NCBI RefSeq assembly: GCF_964194025.1
Contig: NC_134470.1
Coordinates: forward strand, 71,362,001 to 71,426,000
Length of the DNA: 64,000 bases
DNA from: Convolutriloba macropyga
Lineage: Eukaryota
Direction: 5' to 3'
Within the stretch, counting starts at the first letter, position 1, and each line of letters starts with the position of its first letter. The position numbers were made by a program, and so were the translations under genes. This document shows, in pieces, positions 12,076 through 26,700 of the stretch. The notes under the pieces are model-generated. The model worked only from the letters and a program-made list of their open reading frames with translations, was not told the DNA's origin and searched no databases.

Positions 12076-13221
12076 AAAGAACCATGAAGAAAGTAATAGT
12101 GGTCATCAAGTGGATTTAAAAGTAAATTAACATCAGCACTTAAGTGATACTTCAGGTGGTGGAGTGGACAATGAAGCTAATTCTGGCACAAATTTAATCT
12201 TTGTTTTTTGAATCTCCATGTAGCATCAAGGCAATGATTAAATAGCCAGCGGCGTAATGAAAATTTTGTTAATTTTGATTTTTTTTTGGGGGGGGGGGGG
12301 AATGCCAAATTGAAGCATTTGATTGAAAAATCACTAGAGAACTTTTGTCTCCTTTAAATTGTTTTAAGTGCACCTGATTTTCAGTACCTGTTTTGTGAGA
12401 CAATTGGTTTTTAACACTAAATGTTTTTCTTAAAAAAGTTTACTGTTTTTAAACATCAGAAGTTACATCTGCTCACTTTATTTCCAACCCAATAAATACG
12501 TTTTCCTTTTTTATTTCGGAAAATTTGTGTCATGAGTAACACCGTGTAATTTGTAATGTGTAATTTTGTATGGGGAAAAATCTCGATTAGGTGAAGCCAA
12601 TTTTCGTAGTCGTTAGGCAATAGAGACGTTACATCGTTTGTATACTACTAGGTAAAGGATTTTAATCAAAAGTAACGGGGAAAGAGTGGATAACATGAAA
12701 CAGTTTTCATTGTTTTATTCTAAAAATTTTTAGAGCTGTGGGGCGCGTAAAAATCTGACAAAATTTTTTTCGATAATTGGATAATGGAACTAAAATGAAT
12801 CGCTTCAATTTAAAAAAGGACCGTTTTGTAAACTTCTCTCATGTAAAGATAATTTGCAATGACAAATGTTTGAGACGCTTAACTAATTTAAATTGTCTGG
12901 TGGGTTTGGAGGAAGTGTCGCTTCTAGGTGTTGGAATTGCTGTCCGCCTTGTTTTTTTAAAATCAAAATATGAGTGGAAACTTATTGACAAATTGATACA
13001 ATAATTTCGTTTCCTTAATAGATTTTGCCCGAAGCTCCTTGCAATAAAACCTTAAAGGTGATAAGTGATTATTCGCATAAATTTGTTAATCTATATTAAT
13101 CGTCTCTTACCTTTTTGCTTCACCCAGATTTTAGAGCATCTTTGCGGCAATTAATTTGATTCGTTGAGAAATTTCGTAGGTTTCTTAAGCTCTCATTTAT
13201 AGCTTCAAAATCGTTCACAAG

Positions 13222-16200
13222 ATGTCGGTTCGAGGAGCTCTACGGTTGGTATTTTCCCGTTTATAACTTCTATTTAACCATTCTATTTTTTGTAAACTAC
13301 CAATTGACTGTTATAGAAGAAAGAAAGTCAATACCTATCCCCAAAAATGAGTTCAACTTGGTGGACGTTCCGAGTTCTTCGCCTATGGACATTGATCGAG
13401 TCCCTGCCTCACAACAGACGATACCGAAAGAAGATGTAAAAAATACTGAGCAACGTGCGATAGAGCAGAAAATGGACGTAACTGTTGGAAAAGTCGAAGC
13501 AGCGGCAGATGCTGCTCAGCAGCCTTCGCTTAAGCGCCCACCTTTTAAACCGTTGGTTAGTTGTGTTACACATCTTGTTATTTAGATGGATATTTCAAAA
13601 TTTGTATAGATGTGGGCCTAAAATCGAAGTGCTTGGTTAGCTAATAATTTTTTAATATCAGCCCCAACCCAAACTTTGAGCTTGCACTGATGTCTTTGTA
13701 ATAGAATGTGGAATTATTTAGGCGACCAGTGATGCTAAGCAGCCTAAGCCGTCTCCTTCAGAAGTACATGGTAATCAATGGAGGCCAAATGAACAGCCAC
13801 AAAATAGACAGTTGCAGTCGCAGAAACAAGTAGAGGCAACAAACTCGGTGGTTGAAAAGGTGGAAATTCCGAAGACCGCGACTGTGGAACAGAAAGCAGG
13901 TAAATGACCTAATTAAATACTTTCGTTTGTCTTCTGTTGTTTTTTAAGCTAAAATTAAGCTTAGCTCTCCTTTGTCACTATGCTACTGTCAGTTATGAAC
14001 TCAGAGTGTTAGAAGCAATAATTGTGCCAATCAAGTTTTCCTCATAATAGTTAGTTAGATAAAGTTAGATAAAGTTAGTTTTCCTCACATTTTTGTATTG
14101 GGTGCTTCATGTCACATATAATATCTGCACGGCGAATTGATTGTGAATAATGAGCTCCAAAAGAGGGGGTGGTGGACGAGAAGAAAAGACGAATTTTTCA
14201 CATCGATTTTAAGTGTAATTTTTTAGTGTAATTCAAATGACGTACGTACGTTAAATTCTTGAGGTTTATTTTATGCGGTCTTTGGCAATTTCTGTGCGTT
14301 GATCAAGCTTCATCCGATGTGGTTTGTCACTGTAGACATGGCAGATTTTAGAATAGGCGGGAAAAGATCTTAACCAAATCTTTTCAACGATCAAACAAAC
14401 AGTTCTGAGATTAAGATAAATTGAGACACGTAACGTTTTGGACTGTTTAGAAAAGATAGACCAGCAGCCAGTTAAAAAGGTCCCCATTGGAATACGACCA
14501 CCTTTTGGAATTCGAACCATTAGCAACGAAGCGATCCCAGATTCCAAACCTGCAACCCCAAAGAGCAGTAGCATGCAAGTCACTGTAGTTTCGCTTCACC
14601 AATCGGATTCTCAAAAGCAAACAGTGGGAGGCAACTTCCCTTCGAATGCATCCACGCAAAAAGTTGAGGCGAAGAACACTGCAGCAAAACCAAGTGAAGG
14701 TGGTTAGTGTCAAAGTTTGAAAACGTTTCCGTCGACCGTTTTACCTGTTTTCACACCCGCAGTTGTAAATAATGTCTCTGACGTTAAGTGTAGCAAGCGT
14801 TAGGAAAAAAGATCCGATGTTTGTCTTCGATTGTTGGAAAAGATTAAGAGTGATTAAATTTGAAAACTGCATAAGAAAGAGACATTTTTTAAAAATTTCC
14901 ATCACTGTTTTCTATAAATTGTCACTGGAAATTGTGCTGCATCATTTAAACTCTCTTTACTTATTGCCTTTGCTTGATTGAAAATCATGTGACCAAATTG
15001 AAACAATATTTTAAATTAAGCTTCTAGAATTATTCTATATAGGTAATTTTGATAATAGAATGTAATTTCTCTTACCATGTGATTTCTTTCAAGGCTCTGC
15101 AAAAGTTGAAAAACCGACTTCCCCTGCTCCAGCTCCTGTTCGAGTTGTGAGCGCACCAAAACCTCCTCCGTTTGCGACTATTAAACCAACACAGCCGACG
15201 CCTGCAGTAGTGTCTCCTGCAAAGCAGAATGTGACTCAGCCCCCTAGGAGGATTCTGAATGTCAGAAAGGGCGCTGAACGACAGGCGAACATGAAAGTGG
15301 AGATCGTTAATAATCAACTGACTCCAACTATTCAGACTGGTGAGGTTGATATTTGATAGTATTGTCTAAACTATATTAGGAAGTTTGCACCCTTGTCTTT
15401 TTCAGTTTTTCTACGTTCATTTCAAGCAAGCAAATTAGCTACTGATGCAAACATTTCTGCTTCAATTGACTTACTCTTGAGGATGTAATCACAAACGGAA
15501 AATTTGTTTATTTTAGCTCCTAAACAAGATATGCAGCCGGCTCCCGTCCTCAACAAACCAAGACCTCCCTTAGCAATACTTAAAAACGAAACTACTAAAC
15601 CTCCGCCTGCCACTACAGACGTGAAACAAGTGGTCGAAAGCAAAGTGGAACCTCATCCAGTAACCAATATTGGCAAAAGCTTGAGCACTGAAATGAAGAG
15701 CAGCAATGCTGATGATAATAAACGAACCGTGGCAAAAGTAGATTTTAAAAGCAGTGACAAAGTTGCTGCAGTACACCAAACTCAAGCAGCAGTTTCAAGC
15801 ACTTCTGTCACTTCTGTGGTCGTGCCTCCAGAGGAAACTAAACCGGTGGTTAGCGTGCAGAAACAGGATATAAATCCAGGAACAGAAGTCGCCCCGACTG
15901 TTGAGAAGAAACGGGCAACTTTGCCTCCCATAGATATCGGCATGCTGAAAGCGAGGGTGGCGAGTGATATTGAGTCTGTGAAAAAGGCGTCTGCAAAGGC
16001 GAAGTTCAAGTGCAACGACTGTAATTTGGCCCAAACTGCCAAGGATGCCTTTCTGGCCCATTTATCAGGTACGTGTTTCAAAAAAATTGAGAACAACTCG
16101 CTGTCTGGGTTTCTGAACTAAGCGATATGTGGGTCTCTATTGAGTTCCGTTACGACTGGGGGTGACTGCTTGAATACGGCGAGTACCAAAAGTTACATTT

Positions 16201-16801
16201 TACCGAGTAAAGATTATTTGGGTGTGCATATTTTTTGGATGTCCATTTGATGCTTTGAGAGTCGCAATGTAAGAAAGTTAACTTTGCTGAAACCTTCCTT
16301 GGTCGAGGTAAAAAGCAGTCGACGTCCATTGAGCTTTTAGAGATACTAAAGCCTTACATTGAATGATCGACTGAGAAAATCTTAAGGTATTAATTTGTGT
16401 CAGAAATATAAAGGGTAGTTGAAACTTTTATTGTTTTGTTGCAGAACAGGGACACTTTGAGAAGCTGAAAATGAGACTGCAGCTGACTGAATGCTTCCAA
16501 GGCATCAAGTGCAAACTGTGTGATGTTGAGGTCAACACACCACAACACAAATTAGAGGTTACTTAGTCCACCTTTCCCCCTGTTTTCGGGGTTTTTGGTT
16601 ATCAATTACAGACACCTTTTGTCAGTGATAAAGTGTTTTCAATTTTGAAATCTTTTGAGATAAGAATTAGAAAAAAATACATTTTAAGTAACGGAGAAAA
16701 TTGATTTCATGTTGAACGAAAAAATTTAAATTTATATGGAAATAAGTAAATTTATCGTGATTAGGATGATTTTTCAGCATTTGTCTCTTCACGTGCAGTA
16801 G
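13222..16801 (+). CDS. Pro/Lys/Val-rich low-complexity protein with two C-terminal C2H2 zinc fingers (first is U1/matrin-like)
   Basis: Phase-compatible GT-AG exons: ~13317-13555, 13722-13899, 14451-~14702, 15094-15339, 15517-16068, 16445-16557 and 16778-16801. Splicing builds CNDC-x12-H-x5-H and CKLC-x12-H-x3-H. The first exon and ATG (13222) are tentative. Confidence 0.75.
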
Positions 16802-17408
16802 CGAATCATCCCCGGCAGAGGTGACTTCGAGATAGTGCTCAGGGATGTGTTATATTAAATGACATGACGTGCACCCCGAAAAACTCATAGTAGTGAAGAA
16901 TTTGATAAACTTGCATGATAGTTTGTACTGCTTAATACCCTGTACTAGAGATTTAGTTTTCGTGTTCTGGGTGAAAATTTTGGGCAATTAGGCTAGATGA
17001 ATAGATTATCAAGAGTTCTTAACTCCCAATTTGTGCAACGTAACCAAGTAATTTTGTTTCTTAGCCCAAGGTTTTCTTTAACGGTGATGCAAATGCGAAT
17101 GTCTAGTTGCGTTAAATATGCTTTTGGTTTAAAGTTTTTTTATTTCGGTAATAGTTTTTTCCTTAACAGTATCACAAAACCAGCAAATGAGTGGTGAATG
17201 CCGAAATTATAGTCTGTCCCATAAAGTTGAAATAACCGAACGTTCGAAGACGTCAAAAACAGGCAATTCAGCATCAAATTGGTCATTTGGATTTCAACGT
17301 TTTTTCCATTAAGCTTCATATTCGGTCCCATAAAGTTGCACTGCAAGCAAACGCTCGAAAAACTCAGCATGTAAATGAACAGCGAAGCGCTGATCTCTGC
17401 ATGTTTAC

Positions 17409-17773
17409 TTGCTCTTGAACGAAGTTCATAACAATTATTGTAAAAGTGTTGGTCTTTTTTATGCAAATGTTTCGCTTGACCATTTTGCGTTTTTCTTCTA
17501 ACATTATATAACATTCTTTGACTTATGAAGTGACTTTTTCACGCTTTTGTTCTTCATTTTTTAGTGATTTCTATTGCTCTCACTCCGAAGTAAAGCTTGT
17601 TGCTAATATAAATTCGATTACAGCATAGCAAAAACAAGGGCTGGATAGCCGCGTGGTCAGTGCATCTGGTTATGGATCGGGAGGTCAGTGTTTCGAATCC
17701 CGGCGGGGTGAAATGTTTTTCTACCCGCATGTCGTTCGAGAGCAATTCTCCCAACATTAGTCGGTTTATGTTT
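17409..17773 (+). mobile_element. HINE-like family A carrying a tRNA-derived cassette
   Basis: Family A subTIRs and 3' hairpin. The body is homologous to 30965-31320. Confidence 0.75.
17638..17710 (+). pseudogene. tRNA-derived sequence (tRNA-Arg(ACG)-like) inside a mobile element
   Basis: A box TAGCCGCGTGG and B box TTTCGAATCC. GCATCTGGTTATGGATC resembles the tRNA-Arg anticodon arm GCGTCTGACTACGGATC as I recall it. Stems pair poorly. Confidence 0.6.
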
Positions 17774-18180
17774 AATAGCCGCGGAGTGGTAGCGGCTATT
17801 AGTGGGGACATCGAGTTTTTTTAATTTGTTGTCTCCATCGATGATTTTTACGACCTGACTTGTTGGAATGGACTTTTTCAAGGACTTCAGTGACTTCTAC
17901 TACTTTGCAGTTAAAATTTGTGTGCGTGACGTCATTTCTGCTTTTAGGTTAATTGCGGGACTTACTTCACTCAAAAAAGTGACTTCTGAACTCACTTATG
18001 GAACTTTAAATGTTAGAACATTTACTAGTTAAAGATTAATAGTGTGCATCTAAGTAGTGCCAACCTTATATGCCCTAATTCTTGAGTATTAGTCTTTGAG
18101 TTTTTGATTTCGAATATCAATTTTGAAAAATCTCTCTTTGGGTTTTTCCTTATAGAACGTATGTGTCATAAAATTAACAG
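17774..18180 (+). mobile_element. HINE-like family B fragment abutting a family A 3' end
   Basis: AATAGCCGC..GCGGCTATT follows TATGTTT directly. 17925-18180 matches 5455-5700. Confidence 0.6.
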
Positions 18181-18899
18181 TCCGAATAGCGTTGCAACTT
18201 TATGGGACATACTATAGTCTGTCTCATTAAGTTGAAATGAGCGAACGTTCGAAAAATGCCAAAAACGTGCAATAAGTTTTCATTCATCTATTGTTTTACA
18301 TGTTTTAAATTTGAACTTTGACCTTTGAAATCTGTCCGGTAGTTTTCGAAACGTTCGCTTATTGTTCCGACCCCCTTGAGGGCGGACTATATATTCAAAT
18401 GGTTTTTTTTCAATTAATTTTGACTGATCGATATTTTCACTGTAGGGGTTGCGAGTGGTATCATTAAAAAGCCCGTTCATCGTAGAATATGAAATAAAAA
18501 AGATTAACTACAATTTGCGTTATTTTCCACTCGCATTTTCCAGATTTTTTACCTAAAATTTAGTCACTTTTGTTAGAATTTGTTAAAAATTTTAAATATA
18601 GTGTTGTTGATTTTTTTAAAGACAAAAAAGTATTATTGACTGTTTTGATTTTTTTTGGCAAAATTTAGCTTTTTCCACCAGAAATTATGGCACGAAATAA
18701 GCTTCTTTAGTCCACTTAAAGTTTGCCGGAAGTACAAACCAAAAACCACCAACATAATCTTTGTAAATTTAAAAGGGGGATAATTCGGATTGGAATCAGT
18801 CGTTTTTTTAATTAAAATTGATCTTTTTTATAATAAATAAAGAACAGAACATTTCAAATCAAAGCGCAGATTCAATTGGCCTCCTGAGCAAATCTAAAT

Positions 18900-20567
18900 T
18901 GATGTATCTATTTTTTTTACTTAAAAGCTTCTGGTCGTTTTGAGTTTTGAAAATATTTAGGTTTCAAGTAAATAGTTGCTTATTAAACTTTGACTTTTTA
19001 AAATAATTTTGTCAACTTGGATTAGTGTCAGCAAAAAAAGAATGTTTCTTCATTCTACTGACTTAAAATTTAATCTTTATTGCGGTGTTACGCCTCTTGT
19101 TATGGTTTTATGGCTTTGATACTTCTGGATTTCACATCTTTTTTTAATCTTATGCATTTGCTCATTTTCACCCCCTTTTCTCGTTTTTTCACATTGTGAG
19201 AGAAAAGACAGTTCACATAACACATTGCTGACGTTCAAAATAAGTCGCAATCTTTAAAGGTACAGATTATGGTTTTAACGGCTTCGATGAGCTTTTTTCT
19301 TTTTTCTTAACTGTCGTTTTCACTTTGGCTTGTCGTATGAAATTTCCTGTACAATGACATGTTTCATTGGCTTTTTTGGAAAGAATAGATGATCGGATTC
19401 TCTAATTTTACTAGATAGCTGTTGGCTTTCATGACTTTGAAAACAATTGTTTTCAAAAATAAAAAAAAAACACAGCTTCTCAACTTTTTTGAATTGTCTA
19501 TTTGTTACCTAGTCTCGTTAATTACAGGTCATTTGCCATATATGACATTATTGGTGTAACAAGGGATTAGTCTCACAAAATGTATAGTTTTTAAAGAATT
19601 TGTTTAGACTTTACTGGCTTCAACTTGGGTTTTTCACAAAGAGAATCAATTTTTTATTTGGTTCTTTTTGTAGACGTAAGACATTTTTTGGATAATTACA
19701 GGTCTCAATGGGTCCCTTTGAACGAATAATTGAACCTAATTAATTATTTCAATTTGTAGCTAATGACTTTTATGACTTTGGAAATTTTTGTTTTCGAAAA
19801 ATACAAATTTATTTAATTATGCTCTTTTTCTTTTTGTCTACTTGTTAACTGGTTTCATGATTGAGAGGTCACATAGCACATTACTGGTGTTCGAAGAAGA
19901 TATATTCGAACATGTTTTGAGGGGCAAATATGTCTTTACGGCTTCCACACCGTTTTCTGGCAAATTTTGATTGAATTTTTGTTTAATGTCTATTTGTTGT
20001 TCTTTTTGTAACCGCATAAAAAATTGAATAGTGACACGTCTTAATGGCCTCCTATAGAAGCACAGGTAATCATAAACTATGGGATATTTTTTGCTGATTC
20101 CTTAATGAAGCGAATTTTTTTAACTCTACTGTTTTTGTTTTTCTTTTTTGTCTTAATGTTACCAGCCTTACTATGGACTGGTCCCATATCTTTTCTAGTG
20201 AATTACAAGTTATTTTGTTTGGTATCAGTTTTATCTCACGCTATTTTGACTTTTTTATTTTGAATGTTTTTTTTTAAATGGACAAAGTTTTGGATGTAAT
20301 TAATGTTTGTTGTTGGTGTGTTTCTGCTGTTCGCCTGGACTCGCTCTCTTTATAATGGCTGATCTCATCAATTAATGCGTCATTTTTACTCCACTGAGTT
20401 ATATGCTTTGGAGGCTATCTTTTTGTTCATACACCAATTTTTTTGAAAAATACTTTATTTTTGGGGGGTTTTCTAACTGTTCCTCATTTGGTAGACAATT
20501 AAGCCAAAATTGTGGATGAGCGGTGTCGAAACCTTATGTGCAATCGCAAATTACGGAGCCTCCTTGT
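18900..20567 (+). mobile_element. Helitron-like element with degenerate internal repeats
   Basis: 3' end 20483-20567 is homologous to 826-908. Recurrent ACAGGTCTCA-like motifs occur internally. The 5' boundary is a guess. Confidence 0.45.
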
Positions 20568-20741
20568 TTCAAATTGATGGGACACTCTATATATAACTAG
20601 ATTTGCGTATCTTTACAGTGGTCTGGAAAGTTCAAACTGTCTCGCTAATATTTTGCAGTGATGTGAACAAGGTCAATTTGCAGAATGGAAATGGTCAGCT
20701 AAATTTTAATATGGATTTTCATTGAGCGTGTTTAACCAATC

Positions 20742-23700
20742 ATGCGAGGTGCTTTGTTCTCTGAATTTTGTCGGGTGATTGGTATCCCTAACGCTTCTCA
20801 GCTTCTCGCACAAAAGGGAACTTTAAACTTTGTGAACAAATTTTATATTCCGGCATTTTACAAAGCGGTTCCCTACAACAATCTTGATGCGTTTAACCCC
20901 AACTCGAGGTCAAACTTTTACAAAGGATGGGATGGGTTCCGCCGGGGAACTGAAACTTATGCGGAGAAAGTTGATGATGTTATCGATCTGTTTATGAAGA
21001 AACGAGGCGCCTTGTGTTTCCATAGATGCATTGTATCTTCGTTGGTTCTGAATGATGCCGGAATCGATAGTTACACTGGTCTATCGATAGCGAGGAGAGA
21101 AATGAACATTCCACACAATTTAATATTCGTCAGAAATGCCACAACCCCGGGAAGTTTGCACATGGGTGATTTGGGCAATAGATTTTCGCCTATGTTTGAA
21201 ATAGTGGATATGGAGTTTGAGAGAGAAAGTGTGTTAAGCAAGGGTCCAATCAGTGAATCGAAGGTTATTCGAACCAATCAGGAAACTGGTAAGGTTTTTT
21301 TTAAGTGTCGGTTTTAAAGAAAAATCAATCGAAGAAGTTTTTAATTCGGAGTCGCTTGAGCAAGAAGTGCAAATAACGTGAGACTTTCGAGATTTAAGGC
21401 TTGTGCCAACTTGGATAGTTTTTAATAGCCGCCCTCATCTTCTCAGCCGGCTATTATAGCGCTCCTATTTTTTTACGACTCGAAGAGGAGTATTGGAGAA
21501 GTCCTTTTTTACGACTCGAAGAGGAGTATTGGAGAAGTCCTTTTTATTAATCAATTTTATTGGAGTGATTTTTGAAGCGGGAAATGAAACGCTTGAAAAA
21601 ATTTGGAGTCATTTTGGTGCTGAACAAAAGTTAAGAGCGGATCGAAAAGAGAGTGGTTTTTGTTCTTGCCGATGTTTTTGAGAGAGCGAAAAATTGATGT
21701 GTGAAAAAATTTTCTCTAAGCGAACGAAATTTTTTTGTTCACGTGCGGCATTTGAAAGCAGTTTTTTTGCAACTTTTGATGGTTATGAGGTTTAGTTATG
21801 ATATTGTATTAGTTTTAGGCTTGTTTGGATAGGAATTGAAGGTTTCAAGTAGTTAATTTGAGTTAAATGCTAATTTGGAGATTTTTGATCAGTTTTGCTG
21901 ATTTTCAGACGAAATTTAATGATTTTTTGCCTGATGTTTTGTTTTAATGCTTTAAGTGGGATTTGAATAGAAGCTTGTTACGTAAGGAATGTTCAGGTAC
22001 CAATTAACTAAAGTTTTCTTGGTATAAATTATTTTTTTTCTAGAAAATTTGACAGAAAAATTGCGAAATTTTAAACCATTTTTCCTGATTTTTTTGCATT
22101 TCTTTTTTTTTCAAATCTTAGACAAGTTTCTTAGCCTATAATGACTTGGCCATTGTTTTGCGAGATTTTCATTGCTATAGTTGCAAACGAACTTTACTCG
22201 GGTTTATGTTTCCTTGTACTATTAAAAAAACTCATTAAGTTTTTCTAGTTTTTTTTGTTCAATTTGTTTTCGAATGCCGTTTCTATTCTTCCTTAATTTT
22301 TTTTAACATTTGTGTCAGTATTCATAATAGTTGTTCTAGTTGTTTGGTCATAAGTATGGGCAATTTTCTCCTTCAAAACGTTGCCGGAATTTTTCCGGCA
22401 ATGTTTTTTTACTTCCTCGAACAAAAAATTGTTTCGCTTTAGAAAACGGGATAAACCCATAAAGCCCAATTTTAGATGCCCGCTATTTGAAAGTCGTTCC
22501 TATAATTCTTAGTGACCATCTCTAATGCTTATTGGTCTTGATGGAAGCCCCTATAGCCTCTCTCTGAGAAACAAGTATGTTCAACTACGAAATGCCATCA
22601 AAATAAATCGGACTTAAAAAATGATTTTTTACAAAAATCTTCTTTTTTCAATATCTTTTCTTTCAATCCCAATCATGCTATTTGGAATCAACGGTGGCTA
22701 TTTTCCGGCAATCTGCCAGGTATGTTTCGATATTTTTAACCTTATTTTTTAATAGCCTTGATGATTTTAACGTAGGCTATGATTATCTTTTTTTAAGGAA
22801 CAGGTTTGAGCATTGATTTTATTAATAGCCGCAAAGCGTTAGCAGAGGCTATCATTGGCCTTCTCTTGGTTGTTACTACTCGAAGAGGAGTTTTAGTTTT
22901 CTTTACCGCATTTAGGATTCATTCTGACGGCGTTTTGACCTAAAAGAAAGAGTAAAATTACTGTAGAAACTGATTTTTTTCTGAGCAAGAGAAGTGTTTT
23001 GATCATGCAGTGCATTCAGTGAATGAGTTTTCGACTTTGAAAAATGTTTTTTTTGCAACATGGTGCATATAAATAGCTGTTTTTGTCCAATTGGACCGGT
23101 TTTTCCGTTTAATAGACGTTTTTTTTAGCCGGTTTCTTTGTTTAGTAGCCGTTTTTTGTCTGAGCCGGGTGTTTTTTTAATTGATAGCCGCTGTCAGCCT
23201 GAATAGCTATTATTAAGGCGCTCTCCTTGAGAATTTGAATGTATTGGGGCGCTGTCTTTTGTTAAGATCTGTTCATACATTTTCATGATTTTTGAAGTCA
23301 AATTGGAGTTGTGATTTTGGTCACGCCGAAAAAGAAAGTGGAGCGAAAAAGCGAGTGGTTTTGCGACGTGAAATTTTTTTACTCTAATTTGTAGTGAGAA
23401 AACGGATATTGACCAAAAATTCGCTTTCTCGCTAGTGGTTTTTTGTTCACATGCGGTAAATTCACTTTAATTTTGCTGTTTTTTCAATTTTTGGATCGGA
23501 TTTTTGCTAAATGCTTTTCCCAGTTCATTCATAGTTCATTCTAGGCCTAGTTTTTTGTGTGAACCAAACTTCCAATTCTCGTTAGTGGTGTTGTGTTCAA
23601 CTGAGGCATTTTGAAACTGATATTCTGTTTTTTATTTTTTTAATCTGAATTTTTAGAACTGGTTTTCCCAATTCACTCATAGTTCGTACTAGTTCTAGTT

Positions 23701-26700
23701 TTTTGTTTAGTCAATGAAAGTTTTTCGAATTGTACGTCAGGACTTGTCCTGTTTTTTTTTAATTCGCTTTACTTTTTGCTCAGGTTTTTTTTACATAAGT
23801 CACTACTTTCGGTTTTGACTTCTGACTTACTCACTCACTATTTCAACTGAATGGATTTTAAATTCTTCACATATTGAATTACGTAATGTAGTGACTACGG
23901 TGAAAAGAGGAAAATCAAACGAAACGGGACAGAAATTTGAAGCCCGGTCACTAAGTCATATTGCATTAGGTTATGAAAGTTCATTAGAGTGGTTGCTAGC
24001 TGACATTAAGTTGTATAGCTTTCAGTTTGGAAGCTGAATTAAGTGTAAAATTAGAATCCAACCGAATATGCACATTTTGCCCACCAGGTAAGAACACTTT
24101 GAGACTTAGGAAAATTCTGTTTCAATCCCAATGTGTGTCAAGCAAGGTCAACGGTGGCTATTTTCTGTCAATTTGCGGCTATATGTGTATTTCTTCGCGG
24201 AAATAAGTGTTGATTCTGTATCAGTTTATCCTTTGAAACACAAGCTACAGTTTTCATAGGAGCCTTAAATATGTGTTAAGTGTAAAATAGGCATATACAT
24301 TTCCATTTTCAGTGAAATTTTGAACTTTTCCTTGATATCTTCATTTTAGATCTTTAAGTTGATTTATTTTCAAATGTCAGTGCACATTGCATCTTCCCGT
24401 TGATAATCGATGCATTAATTGCATCTTTATAATGTGAGTTAATTATGTTATGAGATTGTGACATGCTAATCCGATTTTGGCGTTTTTTGTCCAATTTTTC
24501 TCATTTTTTGTTTGTATTTTGGTTTTTTAGTACTAGCGTTTTTTAGTACTAGCGTTTTTTAGTACTAGCGTAAAGTTTTTTGCACCTTGCGAAGTTTTGT
24601 ATTTTGTTTTATGAGTAATTCAGTTGTTTTTTGGCGTTGAGTCTTGAAATTCACGAAAAAAATTTTCATAAGCGCAATTTTGAAATAACTTCCAAAAAAA
24701 ACCTGTTGGTTTTTTGTCAGTGTGTCCATATTCGTTACATTCTAGCATGCATCATTCTAGCGTTCTCCTAAACAAATAGTCTTTTTCAATCTTATTTTAG
24801 CAGTTAATTTTTAAAAAATTAATTATTTTAGCCTTTTTGGTTTGCAATTTATTCATTTGATAATGCAGCACTGAGAATTTGCTGGAATTTTTTTTAAAAG
24901 TTTTTACTGATTTTTACTTTCTGCGAATTTTCCTGGAGCCTTTGTTTTAGTATTAAGGGTTTTTGGCCTGTGATTTTTAATCAGTCGTTTGTAATTTAAT
25001 TTTTGCACTAGTTTGAACACTCTTAAGTTTTCTTGAAATCTAAATTTCAGCACTCTTTTTATTGAAAACTTAATTTTGTAGGAATTTTATCTTCTTTATG
25101 CTTGCATAATTGTCTTTTGGGTCGCAAAGTTGATTAATTTTTATTAAATTTTTAAATCAAAATTAGTGAGGTTAAGAGCTACTGTTATGTGACAGGTAAT
25201 GGGTTCGGCTGCGAGTACATATTTTTTGTGAAGTTCCGACTGTTCGGGTCGCTTCCGGAATTCCGGCTATGTTTTTTGTCAACAGGATTTTTGTTACGAC
25301 CACATGACGTCGCAATCACTTCAAATCTGCTTTTTGTTCATTGGTTCGTGGAATTTTAACTGAAATGCGTGCGTGACGTCTCAGTGCGTGTGTGAATCTT
25401 AGTGGCGAGTGTTTTTTCAATCGCGTGATTAAAATTTTGATCAGACATGACTTACCTCTCTCAGAAATGACTTCCTGACTCTGAAATTAACTATTTACTT
25501 TTATTCAGAGAGATAAGGTCAAGTGAGTGCGTGTTGCTCTAATTGAAGTGTATTTGAGGGCAGCTAATAGAAGCAGCAATAATTTAAACAGACTCTGAAT
25601 CAAAATATATCCCAAAAATTTCCTAAAATTGTTTACTGTCATCTTTTTGAAACTGCGAAGCTATTGCGGCTATTTTCTGGTATGCAATCAGCTTTGTTTG
25701 TATATTAGCTGCCATCATCTTAGCGGGCTACTTACTATTGCACTCCGATTTTTACGACTCGAAAAGCAGCAACGGTGACGTATTTTTTGATCGGTATTTT
25801 TTTTCGAGATGTGAAGGGAAATGCCAATTGTGAATAAAGTGTATCGGTCAGGCGGTTTAACAAAAGTCAAAAGCAGAGAACTAAAAGAGCTAATTTTTTC
25901 AAGCACAGATTCTTCAAAGTATTTTTGTTTAAAGATTTTTTGTGCTCTAATATTTTGGATCAAAGTGGTTTCTATCAATTGTATCAATCAGTAATTGTAC
26001 GCTTGAAAGCGTTTTGACCGTCTGAAGCAAACATTAGAATTTTTCATGCTTTTCCAAGCTAGTTTTGCCGTTTTACCGCTTTATGCTGTTTCAACGGTTT
26101 CTACCTTATTTAGTATTATTTGGTATTATTCTGTTATTTTTTTTTATGATATATTTAGTACTGTTATTCTGGTTATGTATGATATATTTAGTAATTTTGG
26201 TAAGGTTATCGCAGAAAAACTTTACAGAAGGTCAATTTTGTTGCTGGGACGTAGCTGTTTGTCGAGAATTTTGTAGAACGTTTTATTAGATTGATTTTTT
26301 GGTCCCATTCTACTCGTCTCTGGTTTCACTGTATGTAATTTAATGCTTTGTCGATCATTGTTTATCGTTCAGAAAACAAGCGTCAAATGCATCGCATGTT
26401 CTGTGCCAAATAATTGATTTGGAGTGGCAAGGGGTGAAGAGCTTTTACGAAATGATATTTTACAATGATATGCATAAATAATTCAATTTGTTTAGTGAGA
26501 AGTTTGCTGAGTCCTGAGAATTTCCTTTTAGTCTATCCCGGATCCTTGTGGCAACGTCTTTTTTAATCTGTCAAACGAATTTTTCTGCTTTTCTTTGGTT
26601 CACAGCTTGTCCGACATGTTGGGAAAAGCGTTTTGATTTATCTGGGATAATTCCGTTCCCTCATTCTGCTCTAAGTTATAAAACTGCAATTACTCAACAA

